This document shows positions 37,491 to 50,384 of a stretch of 64,000 nt of DNA, piece after piece. Origin of the DNA: Octopus bimaculoides (taxonomy: Eukaryota). Where the stretch lies: contig NC_068982.1 of the NCBI RefSeq assembly GCF_001194135.2, positions 37,272,466 to 37,336,465 on the forward strand, written 5' to 3'. The position numbers and the translations under genes were made by a program. Positions within the stretch are counted from its first letter, which is position 1. Every line of letters begins with the position of its first letter. The notes below the pieces were generated by a model, which searched no databases, was not told the DNA's origin, and saw only the letters and a list, made by a program, of their open reading frames with translations.

Positions 37491-40400
37491 TAATCTTTTA
37501 AAGAAATCAATAAACTATCAGATCCTTTTGAATCCATATTATTGCTTTGAGAACTACTGTTCTGAAATGCCATAAATGCTGTAATTTCTGCTTACATTGT
37601 GTATTGATCAGGATTTTAGACTGTCTGCATCATCAAAACCATCATAGAAAGAAGACAGCTGTTTCAGCTAACAACTGTTGCCTGTTTTTACTCTTTGCAA
37701 ATTATATTTTTAAGAGAAGACAACTTTTTTTTATTTATTTCCCCCACCCCCTTTTTTTTTCTTGGTTGAAACTAAATATGTGTTCGGTCAGTCTGTTAAC
37801 TTGTGGTGTACTTTTCTGCTAATATATTATCGAGTCAAGAAATGAAAAAAAAATCAAACATATGACCATGCTAAATCCATCACTTAAAAAATAAAGATAA
37901 GCATGCAAATCAATAGTGTTTTCTTGGCAAACACTGCAGAATTAGCAGCTGGTAAGGTTGGTGAATTGACTCAGTTGGCCCATATGTTATTACTGACATT
38001 GGTTCCAGATCACACAAGCAAAATATTACTTTTGATCATTCAAATTAATGCCAGGCAATGAAAATCCAAATAACAATCAACCAATTAGGTTGTTTGTTAT
38101 TTTGTCATCTTGATTAACAATTGATCAATAATTATTGATATTTACAATATCCTAATTATTAATATGTTATCTATGGGCTAGTCCAAGCTTATACTACACT
38201 TTAGTCCTTATTGGTAAAATTATTTTTAAATCTGTTGACCCGTTTCTCTCATTCTCTCTTTTTTTCTCTCTCACTTTCCCCTCAGTTTCATTGCATTCTT
38301 TCTTCACTTTTCACTCTCTCCCTTCACTCTTTATCCATCTCTCAGTATATTTGCTTTTAGCTCAAGTATACACTGTATCATTTTCTTAGAGGTTATTATA
38401 TCTCCAATGATTTTTGACTTGCGTGCAAGATTGTTCTTCTGCTGCATTGTAAAGAAAACAGTAAGCCAATAGCTAGAAGGCTTTTCAGCACAAATAAATT
38501 AGAGAATGGTGAAGATCAAGTTTACAGAGTGCAATATTTAAAATAGGGGTGCAGAGGTATGAGTAGTGGTATAGAATACACAATTTTGTTGCCACTAACA
38601 GCTTGGAACCCATTTTATTCATAATATTAATTTCTTGTTGATTATTTATATTATTAATTTCTTGTTGACTAACAAAAAACTGTTGAGAATGTAACCTATA
38701 TAAATGCTATACTTATTGGATATTCCATATAATTATTTATACAGCCACTGTTTTGAACACTATGAAAAGAGACATTAGATTACAGATATGCAGTAAATCT
38801 AGAACAGTCTAGGAACAAGGCTTATGCCTCTTTCCTTGTGAGAAAATTAATTCATTGAAAAATTTTACCCTAGCAAATAGTATAAAGCAATAAAAAAAAA
38901 AATTATGAAAAATGTACATATTACTTGTATTAAAATATCTAAGCTCTATGATGAAAACTATAATAGCTAGAAAACCCCTTACTGTGTACTAAGATTAAAA
39001 CTTCCAGAACAATTATTGTACATCTTAAATCGAGAGCATCTAGAATTGAATTGGAATTTTATACTTTCAGTATGTGCATAGGTATACACACATTAGTACA
39101 ACTAATTCACCTTATTGGGTTGATCAATGTTGTCTTTCCATCAGTTAATGGTGCTGCTGTCATGCTGATCATTGGAATAGCTATTTCCTGTACACAATTA
39201 TCTAACAAGTTCTACTCAATCTGTGTTGTCAGCATCTTGGCAGCCATCCTTGATTCTGTTATAAGACTTTAGTCTGAAACTGCACATTGATACACTTTGT
39301 CTGTTTTGTATTAAGTTACAAAAAAGTTAAACTTAGAGATACTAATTTCATATGGACTAGAGAGAATATCTAGTTGAGCACTGGTCCTTCTAAAAATTGT
39401 TATGGTTAAACAAGCGGTTAGCAGTAGGAAGGGCATTTAGTTATCAAATCATTAATGTGCAAGTATATAGATTTTCAAACTTCATCACATTTATGCCTCC
39501 ATGGAATAATGGATGCAAAACAGTCAAGAAAATATCAATGTAAATAGAAGAGAATGTACATGAAATAATATAGACGTGACTGAGAAATTATTGATCTCTT
39601 TTGGTTACACACTTGGCTAGTTTTATAGTGGTGAGATAACATTCACTGAATTATCTCCAATATATTACTGATATTTATTGCATCAATCACAAAAGAATCA
39701 AAGTTGATCATAATATAATTTGAACTCAGAGCGAGTTACAGTAAGAAATACAGTCAGTTGTATTACTGTCATAGCCATCCTCCACTGCCACCTTGACTGG
39801 TAAAATATAAACTAAAGATACATTACATTGGCTATAGTTGTTTGGTGTCAGTTTATAGCTTAACATTAGCCCAAATAAGAAATATTTCATTGTATTGCCA
39901 AAGATAACAACAACAACAACAGTAATAATAAATGTTAATATTTGTTATCTAGACATCATACTATTTTTAAAACATTCAGGAGAAAATCTTCTGATGTGCA
40001 AATATTTATGAAAGTAATTGTTGGTAGATCACCTGTTAGTGTAGAATGCATATCATTTGGTATCTAAATTGAAAATTGTGGCTCTGTGAAAATAAAATCT
40101 TGAATTTTATTTAACTTGCATACTACTGTTGGTTAACAGTGTACTGATACAATCCATACATATGTAATATGAATATGTTTGTGCTCATAATCCTGATGGA
40201 GCAAAATTTCTTTCATATTAGAAAGAATATGCAAAACTATTCATGCTTTTTCTCAATTCAAGCAAAAAAGCTGCTACAAAATTATCTAAAATTCTCATAA
40301 TTCTCACACCTCTACTTTTCTTGTATAAATTCAACTAATAGATCATATTCTTTTGACCACTGAACAAAAGGGTATTATTTACATATTTTCACTGTAAAAT

Positions 40401-42149
40401 ATTTTTGAAAAGGTTTTGCTACTGCTTAAGAAAGGCGTTTTCCAATTATTTCTTCTTTGAACACTTTTTTTTTCCTTTCTGTCTCTTTCTCCCCACCCCA
40501 TCTAAGAAACTAGTTTGAACTAAATTTGACAGAACACTGAAAATGCAGAAGTATTTTCTTTAACTTGTCTTTGATATTTATAAAAGTTTTTGCTTGTTCA
40601 TATAAAATCAGTTTCAAAAGTGTCTTATAAATGCCAATCATGTATTTTATCTTAATAAGAGATAATAGAAAGCAGGCGAAAATAAATGATAATATACCAA
40701 CATTGCATCAAAAAGCTAAACTCTTTTTATTGTGACACAGTCTCAGGTCTTTGATCATAACTGTTACTTTAACTTATCTCTGATCTCAAACTGTTGATAC
40801 TGAACAATAGATGATGCATTTGAAATAATAATAATAATATTAATAATAATATAGAAGCAGAGCCCATAAAGTTGTTGGTTAGAGGTTTGCTCGGCCTGCT
40901 ATATAGCTGGTTCTGTAACAATGAATATTAGATTGTTGCATGGATACTATTAATTTCATTAAAACCTTTGAAATGTCAACATTGTCAAGGCTACAGTGAA
41001 CAAAACAAACTGCAAAATATGTCTCCTTGGGAGGTGTATCATGTTTAGAATAATATCATAACCTAACTGGAAAAACATCAGGTCAGTTTGCATTGATGAT
41101 TAACTTTAGAGACTTTAATTAATGGAATAGCATGTTCCTAATTTTAATCATTCAGATCATAATTTTCATTGCTTCAATTTTGGACACTTTATGACAATTT
41201 ATGATGAAGTAGACTAGTTGTAAATATTGAAGTTTTGTTAGTCTCAACATTTTCCATTCTTTACAGAGCATCTACTGAGTAATGGTAATATTGATTTCTT
41301 TCAATGGTCCAAGGCTCCAAATTTGTTGGAGAATAGTAAAGCCAATCGAATTGCCCCCTCTCCTTCATTCCATCATGTGTGGTACATGTTTTATAGATAG
41401 GCAAAAATCAAAACAGTTGAATTGAGGATATGAAAAAATAAAAATGAGTACTGTAAGGTATTTTAACCTAGCACTGCCCCATTTGTGCAAGGCCACAAAG
41501 TTCTAATGTGTGTCACAGGTATAGTCAATTAAACCACCCCTAATATATTGACACTTATTTTATCAATGAAAAACCCAAGTCAACTCTAGCAGGTTTTAAA
41601 CCCACATATGAATAGCTGTAGCTAAATACCATATGGCATTTAATTAGTACCACCATTTTTACATACTAAGCAAATGCAGTAGAGTAACTGGACAAATTCA
41701 TTGGAATTAGCCAAATAATTATTTTTATATGGAAGCAGAAGTTAACAAACCATGTTGTAGTGAGACATGTTAGCACTATAGTTTATTTTAGCCAACAGTG
41801 CTAAGATCATGCTGGAGTATTTCCTACATATACAATTTTGAAATGAAATGTTAATATGCCCCAAAATACTTGTTTCTTCCATATTGACTGAAAATGCAAA
41901 TCAGTGCCCACATATTAATATTTGGGAGTTTAAAATGCATTAAAATATCCACACTTGCATAACCATTGAACCTCTGTTAGTATATAAATTCATGAAAAAA
42001 AAGAAAATTTTGTTTAACATGTTCAGTTTTGTAAGGATTAAATTTATTATTAACAGTAGGATATATTTTATTATGTTGACCTAGTTAATATTAAAGTTAA
42101 AACTATTAATAATTCTTTATCTCTTGCAAGAAAGACCTACACATCTGCC

Positions 42150-42330
42150 CTGCAAAATGTATGATTTAAAATTTCAAGAATTAAAGTTTCTTGAAAACAT
42201 CTGCATTAACATAATATTGAAATAGTCCCTTACCAAACTGCAAAATGTATGATTTAAAATTTCAAGAATTAAAGTTTCTTGAAAACATCTGCATTAACAT
42301 AATATTGAAATAGTCCCTTACCAAACTGCA
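42150..42330. repeat. Perfect 88-bp tandem duplication (2 copies plus CTGCA)
   Basis: 42150-42237 is identical to 42238-42325; the 5-bp CTGCA microhomology recurs at 42326. Confidence 0.97.
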
Positions 42331-42736
42331 CATTATACCGTTTTAATAACAACTATTTTAAACTTAAACAGAAGTTGTTGATCTCGAAGTTAGTTTTACA
42401 AAAAAAGGTAAACAAAAATATTTGGATTGCATTGTGAAGAGAAACATTTCATTCAACTATTAAAAATAAAATTCATTTCAAAGAACTCCTAATATTTACT
42501 TGGATAGGGAATCAAAACTGCTTTTGCTTTTTGTATTCCTTTTTTTTTTCTTTTTTTTTTTTTTTCCAGTATCATTTATAAATGAATGGGAGGGCCTGAA
42601 ATTGAAAGATCTTTCAGTATAATTCTATACTGAATCCTTAAATATAATCTATCATATTCCTCTCATCCTGTTCTGTATGAAGGTGCATTCCGTTCAAACA
42701 GTTGCTCCCTTCTCTCTAACTGCATGACTTAACTTG

Positions 42737-42738
<2 letters not shown>

Positions 42739-42805
<67 letters not shown>
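42739..42805. repeat. (CA)n microsatellite
   Basis: Directly visible. Confidence 0.97.
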
Positions 42806-42807
<2 letters not shown>

Positions 42808-45108
42808 TTCCTCCCATCACTTTCTCTTCTTCCTCTTTCAGTTTTCATCTAAAACATTTTTTTTTTCTCTATGCTGTGAAATGTTAGCCACTTCCACAGT
42901 AAAGTAACATTTGTGTAATGCTCCTAGTTGCTTTCTTTTCCTTATTACTACCCCCCATCATCTTCTCATTCTCATTCATACACACACACCTCTCCATGTG
43001 GGTCTGTTTCTGCTGGGATATTATTGCTTGTTCCAGTCAAGACGCCTGCAGCAGCAGTAGCTATAGTAGTATGAAACACATCCTCCTACTATCACTCCTT
43101 TAACAATACTTATTACTTCTCCTGTTACATTAGTCTCCTCCTCTGGTATTTCCATTCATGGAAAATACACTGCCATGATCCCCTAAATACTGTTGTCTGT
43201 TAGGGCTGACTGGCTGCCTTTTCACTTTCGCCTTTCCTTTACTCACAAGCTTCTTCCACTATCATTAATACCACTACCCTCTAGGAAAGGTCTATCAAAT
43301 TGGTAGATACTTTACAATGTATATCAACCAGACATAGACTACTGGCCAGTTTAACTCCTAAATTGCTTGAAAAAATTGATTAAGAACAATCCGTTTGGAA
43401 TGTCAAGTAGTATAGATTTCCTTGAGATGCTTTCTTTTTTAGCATTGTACTAGACCACTTGAGTGCCTGTGATTTGCCAGCTGTCTTATGTGTTGTATCC
43501 ATTCATAACACTTAGCAGTTGAGAAGGAGGTAGAGGAGGTGGAGAAAGTTTTCTTCTGTTGTTGTTTTTGTGTTTCCACTAAGATTACCCACTACTGAGC
43601 AACCAGTCGGTTACATCCCAGAGAAAATGCTACATAGTTTATACTTTTGTTGACAAAATGATCAACCGGCTACCAACAGTTTTTACTCAACTCCCTTTTA
43701 TACACTCAATCTACAAGTAATGTTACATCAAATCTCAAAAGGAAACTTGTTGCAAACACAATCTACCAAAAATTATAATTTGACTATGGGGTTTACCTGA
43801 CTGCCTTAAGTTGTAGTCAGATGGTGCAACTGAAGGAACCCTGGCCCACAGGCTTGCATTGCATTTTTCTCCTTGTATGATAGAAATTAATCTGAACCTG
43901 CAAGCCGTGTTAACTGAGTTTGAGCAGGTAAGATAACTTCATAAATACACTATATCTACTTATGTTGCAACACTTAAGTTTATTCAATTTTCTAACTTCA
44001 AACTATATTGAGCATATAAATATATACATATATATTTCTCTTTAAGATGTTTTTCACCTTATCTAACTGGTAATTTACCTTGTGTCAAAGTCTTCAATAT
44101 TACTTAATAAATTATTGAATTTAGTTATTTGATATCAAAATGTTACTTTTATCTCTAATTTTTTTAGGCTCTAATTGAAATCATAATTTTAAGTGTATGT
44201 TGTGTGTAGCATTTGCATATACATAGCAAGAGTGAGTTATGTGTGTTGTTGAAAGAATAAAGCTTACTTATGTTGATTAATGTTTTACAATGTTTAAATA
44301 ATCTGTTACATTGGTTTTAAAAATAACTTAATTCTTTACTTATGAAAATATTTCAACATTTTTATAAATCTTAAATTTCTTCACTGAATATGTAGACATA
44401 GATTCTTAAGTATCTTTTTAGATTATATTTGAAATACCTTGTTAATAAATAATTGCCTAATATTCATACTTCTAATCCATATAAAACTTATAAAAATTGT
44501 AAAGTATATCATTTGTAAATTGATAAATAAGTATATTTTTCTTTTGTCTTCACTTTTGTTTCTATGTTATTCTGAAATGCAAGAGCAGAAGATAAGACCT
44601 TCATACTTTATTTTATAGTTACATTATATTTTGATCTGTATAGTCACCAATCGTCTTTTGCTGCAGTGCATACACATGCATGCATGCACATACACACAAT
44701 CATACACTTTTGAGCTACACTTCTACTCGAACTATATTGTAATTCATAGTTTATGTTCATAGCCATTAGGGAGTGTGTCAATTAAGAGTAGATAGAATAC
44801 AGCATAAATAGAAACACAAAAGATTGAGCTAAAACATGTTAAGCTTATAATCAAGATACTTTTATTTTTTTTTTTAGTTTTCTCTGTTATGTATGTACTT
44901 TGTAGTGTTAAGCTGGATATTTACAAACCTGATAAAACTTTGAAAGTTTTACCTGACTCAATCACATACATCATTCTAATATGAATTATAAACAGTATTT
45001 TTAATTATCTGCTTAATCTCATTAGAATTTGAATTTAACTTATTTCATAGTGTTTATCAAGATAAACACTTTAATAAAAGAAAGAGACAATAATTCATAA
45101 ATTAAAAA

Positions 45109-45220
45109 TCATCATCATCGTCATCGTCATCGTTTAACATCCGCTTTCCATGCTAGCATGGGTTGGACGATTTGACTGAGGACTGGTGAAACCAGATGGC
45201 TACACCAGGCTCCAATCTGA
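45109..45220 (-). mobile_element. Young 5'-truncated SINE type C tail
   Basis: (cat)n-cgtttaacatccgctttccatgctagcatgggttggacgatttgactgaggactgg..; CpGs retained. Confidence 0.85.
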
Positions 45221-48200
45221 TATTCTTAAATATTTTTTAAATACTTTAAAATATATTAATATAGACATTTATCATCAGATTCCAACAATAAATATTTTAG
45301 TATATGCTAATCTCTGCTCAGAAAATGTTAAATCTAATTAATCAGTATTCTACGTTGCTCTTTAATCAAAATAGAATGTTTTATCTCTGTTTAGTTTTCA
45401 AGGGTCTTTCCCTCTTGCTCCCACTTCCTATGTTCCAACCCTCAATATCATTCATTTTATAAACAAATTTAACAATCTGCTTCTCTTTTATACACCACTT
45501 TGGATGATGTATCAAATTTTACTGAACTAAATATATAGCCCAGAAGCTTCTCTTATTTTTATATTTATTTTTGAGAGGTTAACCATTGTTTATATGTTAG
45601 GGGAGTTTTCAGCTAACTTTTCCTATAACCCAATTTTACAAAATAGCCTGAATAAGAATGTTTACAAAAACTTAGAAGCTAAAACCAAACAGGCTAAAAT
45701 AACAAACCTTTTCTTAGATTTATCTGCAATATAATAGAAGTTAATTAGATATTTATGATGTTATTTTTGTAACAGTATGTGTATAGTTAGACAGGCAGAT
45801 ATTGCTATGTATAGTTAGGCAGACATATTTTTGAGATTGTTTTTGTTGTTAGAATAATTGTATGTCTAATACATTACTGCAATTTAACATCTTTCAGTTA
45901 TCCCTGTTGAGTTTATCCTAAAAGGTTGCTGGATTTCAAAATAACAGGTCACTGATTGATGTATCTCATTGTCATCATCATTTCCATTTTGCATGCCAGT
46001 GTATGTTAGATGAATCTGAAATACAATATTGATCCATGTGTTGTAATTCTACATTATCATTTTTCTGAAGTTTACTTTCCACAGGTTTGTTCTGTCTTTT
46101 TTATGTTTATTTTTATAAGTCAGAGGGCAGTGCCTGTATCCTCTGCAGGCCCCCTTAGACTGGTGAAATTCGTGGACAGTTGTAGGTCAATGTCAGAAGA
46201 GAAATATGTGTATGAAAAGAACAAGGAATCTTGTCTAAATGGAACAGAGGGAACTATGTTTAAGGAACCTAAGGATTGAGTGTAGTGTTAAGGTTTCTTC
46301 CTAGGTCTTATTTTAATCCTCCTTTACTATTTAGTTCACTTACCAACTTATCACACATCATAACCCAGATGGTTTCCATTTGTATCACTATTCAAACTGA
46401 TACAGTCATCTCTCCTACATAAATCTTCCGGTACTTTTGATACCTGGTTGCTACGATTCAAGCATTTTATTGATCTCAGCTTGGAATTTCCCTTCAGCTC
46501 CTGTCATAAATGCGTAACAAAACGAATTAAAATAATTTTTCAGGAACTTGTCAATAATTAATAATGCTTCAATGTCGGTATTAATTTTGACTCATTTGTG
46601 TCTGCTTTATGATATTGTTCACTTGAATTTTTCTTTGTGTATATTTGTATTTGTAACCTCTTATTTGTATAATTATAGTATATTAATGCAATAAATGTTC
46701 CAAGCATACTACTGGTCTATTTATATACAAAGAATGTTCAACAGAATAGCAAAAAATGTTGATGCTGGTTCTCAGTCATTCATTTCAATTATCATACTTG
46801 TGTGTAATCCCTTGAAACTAAGAGAAATGCATTTCTGAAAGAAAGAAATGTGATGAAATTTTTCTTTTCTTTTTTTTTTCTTTCCTTTTTTCTTTTTTTT
46901 TCTTTCCTTTTTTCTTTTTTTTTTTCACTGAAAAAGTAATAACTAACTAAATATAATGTGGCAGACATGTTTGATTGAGTGAGTGTTAAATTGAATTATT
47001 TCAGGAAATCAAACTATTTCATAAGATCTCTCATGTAACCCTTTTCTCTTGCAGTATATTTCATTACATCCCACCCCTCCATTCCAGTTTATTCATTATT
47101 AGTTCTTTCTTGTTCTCTTCAATTTCAAAAATTCCCTTTATCCTATTCTATCTTCCTCTATTTATTTATTTATTTATTTTGTTGTATATGCAATCATCTT
47201 TTTGTCTCCCTATCCCCTTCATTGTTCTTCAGTTGATTATCCATAGCACTGTTTCACTCAATTGTGTTCTCTTACTTCAATAACAATCACCAGCTTTTCA
47301 GATTTCTATACTGGAATTATTGCAAAATTCTTTCAAACAGTTTTGCAGCATGACTATTACATGTAATGACAATATCAAAGGAAACACCTCTAATACAATG
47401 TGCAGCAATTAAAAATGTCTAAATTTCAATATTTTGCATTGATTGATTTTTTTTAATCCAATTTTTAGTTCAATCTGACCTCTGTTATTGAGCTGTGCTA
47501 TTATTTTTAGTGTCATCATCATTTATATTTTTAACAAACAGTTCTTTATTGTATTATAGTTGTTTCAGTACTTCTTTTTTATAAAAAAACTTTGCAAGTC
47601 AAAGGGAAATGATAATTTGAAACATGAAACATGATTTAAAATCATTTTACTGCTCGTTTACATGGCTTATGGAATAAAGTTGCAACAATTATAAAATTAA
47701 CTGTAAAACAGGTTGGGATGGATAATAGGGAATAGGAGAAATCTTTATTCCCTGAACACATTTTTGGTTTTTCTTCCTTACTGGAGAAGCTTGAAATCCA
47801 TTTCAACTATTTCCTCAACCAATCTAGCTATGGTTGTTCCTTTATGCTTCAACAAGGTGGAGTGGAAGACAGGAGGAACTGACTATTACCTTTCCATTTA
47901 ATAATATGCTTGGCTTGTTAGAGCATCTTCAATCATTAAAATAACATGAACAATTTCTACAGCTAAAACAAAAGGTCCAATTCTTATAGAAAAATCTGTT
48001 GAGTTGTCAAAGCATTTCTATCTTCAATGATGAATATAAAGATTGAGTTTTATATTTCATATATATATNNNNNNNNNNNNNNNNNNNNNNNNNNNNNNNN
48101 NNNNNNTATATATATAATTCCCAAGCTTCCCCACTCCTATTTTGTTAGTCTCAAAGAGGTTTGAAATGCAAGTTGTAATCATGTAATCACAAACCACATG

Positions 48201-49339
48201 TTGCTGGACTTCTTTTAACAAAGTTAACCTTAGTTCAATGTTTTTTTCATCTTGGCATGTTGTCTTTTTTGCCTCTCCTCAAAAGTGAAAATATTTCAAA
48301 TGCTGTCATTTAAGATTTGAACTGATATGATTATTGAAATTTTCTCAAATCAACTGGCTCAAAAAAATAAAAGACTTTGTTTAATGCATATTTTTCATAT
48401 GCTCCTTAAAATATAGACTGCTTGAGGTTCAAGCACTTATAAACCCTTGGTCTTATAATAGGCTTACTTGCTTCTTAACTTGTAACTATAAATTGCAACC
48501 TTTTAAATTCTAACATGTAATTTTCCTTCAATTTGAATTGTAGTATAGAACATCAATGTTCAATACTGAAAACCATCACCATCTTATTATATATATATCT
48601 TACCCCAGAGAAAGTGCTGGGTCTAAAGCCTTTTGAAGTCATCTGTTTTAATTTCATAAAAAAAGTCAATATTTTTGTTGATTAAAACTGTCAGTGTTTT
48701 CTCGTTGCTGTTTATTAGTATATTGGCAGCAAATTTAAGAGTAATTTTGTTTCATATCTCCCTTTGAGAAAGTGATGGTTTACTACATGAATTGATATGA
48801 TCTAGTGTCAGATTACACTCAATCTTTATATAGAAGTTAAGAATAATAATCCATATCATTAACTTGATTCATTGAGTTAGGAGCTATTTCAGTAATCTAA
48901 ATTTCAATTAGGTTAGTTAAGATAGATAATCTGCACTCTCTTGAATCAGGAAATATAAACAGAAGTAAAATATGTCAGTGTGATCCTTTACCAGAGCAGA
49001 AATGAGGGAATTAATAGTAAATGTATATAAATTGTAGACTTACGGAAAATTACTGTACAGAAGTTAGTGACATCATTCTTTCTACATTCTACACATTTTA
49101 TTTAATTCCATATGGTTATATATCCTCTTTTGTAATTATTTTTTTTCTCATTTCTTTTCTAGTAGAGATCCTCACTCTAAAACATTTTCATTTTTTGCAC
49201 TACATCAATGTAGCTCTCAATTTTAAACATAAATTTAAGTAGAAAAGAAAGCTGAGTGAGTCACTTCATCAGTTATTATATTTTCTAAATTCAAAATCCT
49301 CAATATAGCTTCAAAATATTTGAAACTGTAATGATTATT

Positions 49340-49980
49340 TATAATACAGACACATGGCCTGAAATTTGGGGGAAGGGGGTTAGTTGATACCATTGACCCT
49401 AGCATGTGCCTGGTACTTTATTTTATTGATGGATGGAGGGCAAAGTTGACCGTGGCAGTATTTGAACTCCGAACATGAAAGAGCTGGAAAAAATACTGCA
49501 AGTCATTTTTCTGATTCTCTAACAATTCTATCAATCCATTGCCATAATAATATAAATTTTTCCAATTTTGGCACAATGCCAGTAATTTTAAGAAGAGGAG
49601 GCCAGTGATTTACATTGACTGCAGTTCTTGGCTAGTTCTTTATTTCATCAACTCCAAAAGGATGACACGTAAAGATGACCTTGGCAGAATTTGAACTCAG
49701 GACATAATAAATCAAAAGAAATGTCACCAAGCATTTTGTCTGATATGCTAATGATTTTGCCAGCTCACCACCTTCCTAACAATAATAATCCTTTTTTAGA
49801 GGAGGGAGCTAATTGATTACATTAACTCCAGTACTCAACTGGTACTTATTTTATTGACTCTGAAAAGATTAAAAAGTAAAGTTGACCTCGGTGGAATTTG
49901 AACTCGAAACATAAAAACAGAAGTAATGCTGCTAAGCATTTTGTCTTGCATGGTAACAATTCTGCCAGGTCACCATCTTC
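49340..49980 (-). mobile_element. Three head-to-tail SINE type B copies (about 49340-49545, 49553-49775, 49780-49980)
   Basis: Each has the aaagttgacc..ggcagaatttgaactc core and a (taa)n tail. Confidence 0.85.
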
Positions 49981-50169
49981 TTCATAGTGATAATAATACA
50001 TTGCTATACCTTGGTGGATAACTGTTGTAGAATTTATATTGTTGACCAAAGGTCTACTTTGATAAAAGCAATTTAGTCTTTGTGAAGGCATTTGAGCTGC
50101 AAATTTACATGATTTCTGAAATATGTATTATGAAGAGAAAATCCATGAATTTTAAGATAATCATCAAAT

Positions 50170-50384
50170 GTGATTGCAAGTTACTTGGTAACCTTAGTGC
50201 TGTTGGTCCTATGTAAAAATCATGTAGTTCACTCTTTAAAGTGGTTGGCATTAGGAAGGGCATCCAGCCATAGAAACCATACCAAAACAGACAGCAGAAA
50301 TTGGTGTAATCTTCTGACTTGCCTGTTCCTGTCAAACTGTCCGGCCCATGCCAGCATGGAAAATGAATGTTAAATGATGATGAT
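50170..50384 (+). mobile_element. SINE type C
   Basis: gtggttggcattaggaagggcatccagccatagaaacc..cccatgccagcatggaaaatgaatgttaaatgatgatg. Confidence 0.85.

Noticed and set aside
39051-39272. Hydrophobic 73-aa + ORF and exon-like - strand segment
   Set aside because: The candidate - strand exon frames contain stops, and the + ORF lacks start or splice context; not recognised.
47782-47878. - strand exon candidate PPVFHSTLLKHKGTTIARLVEEIVEMDFKLL
   Set aside because: Good donor, but the acceptor lacks a pyrimidine tract; expected by chance at this scale.
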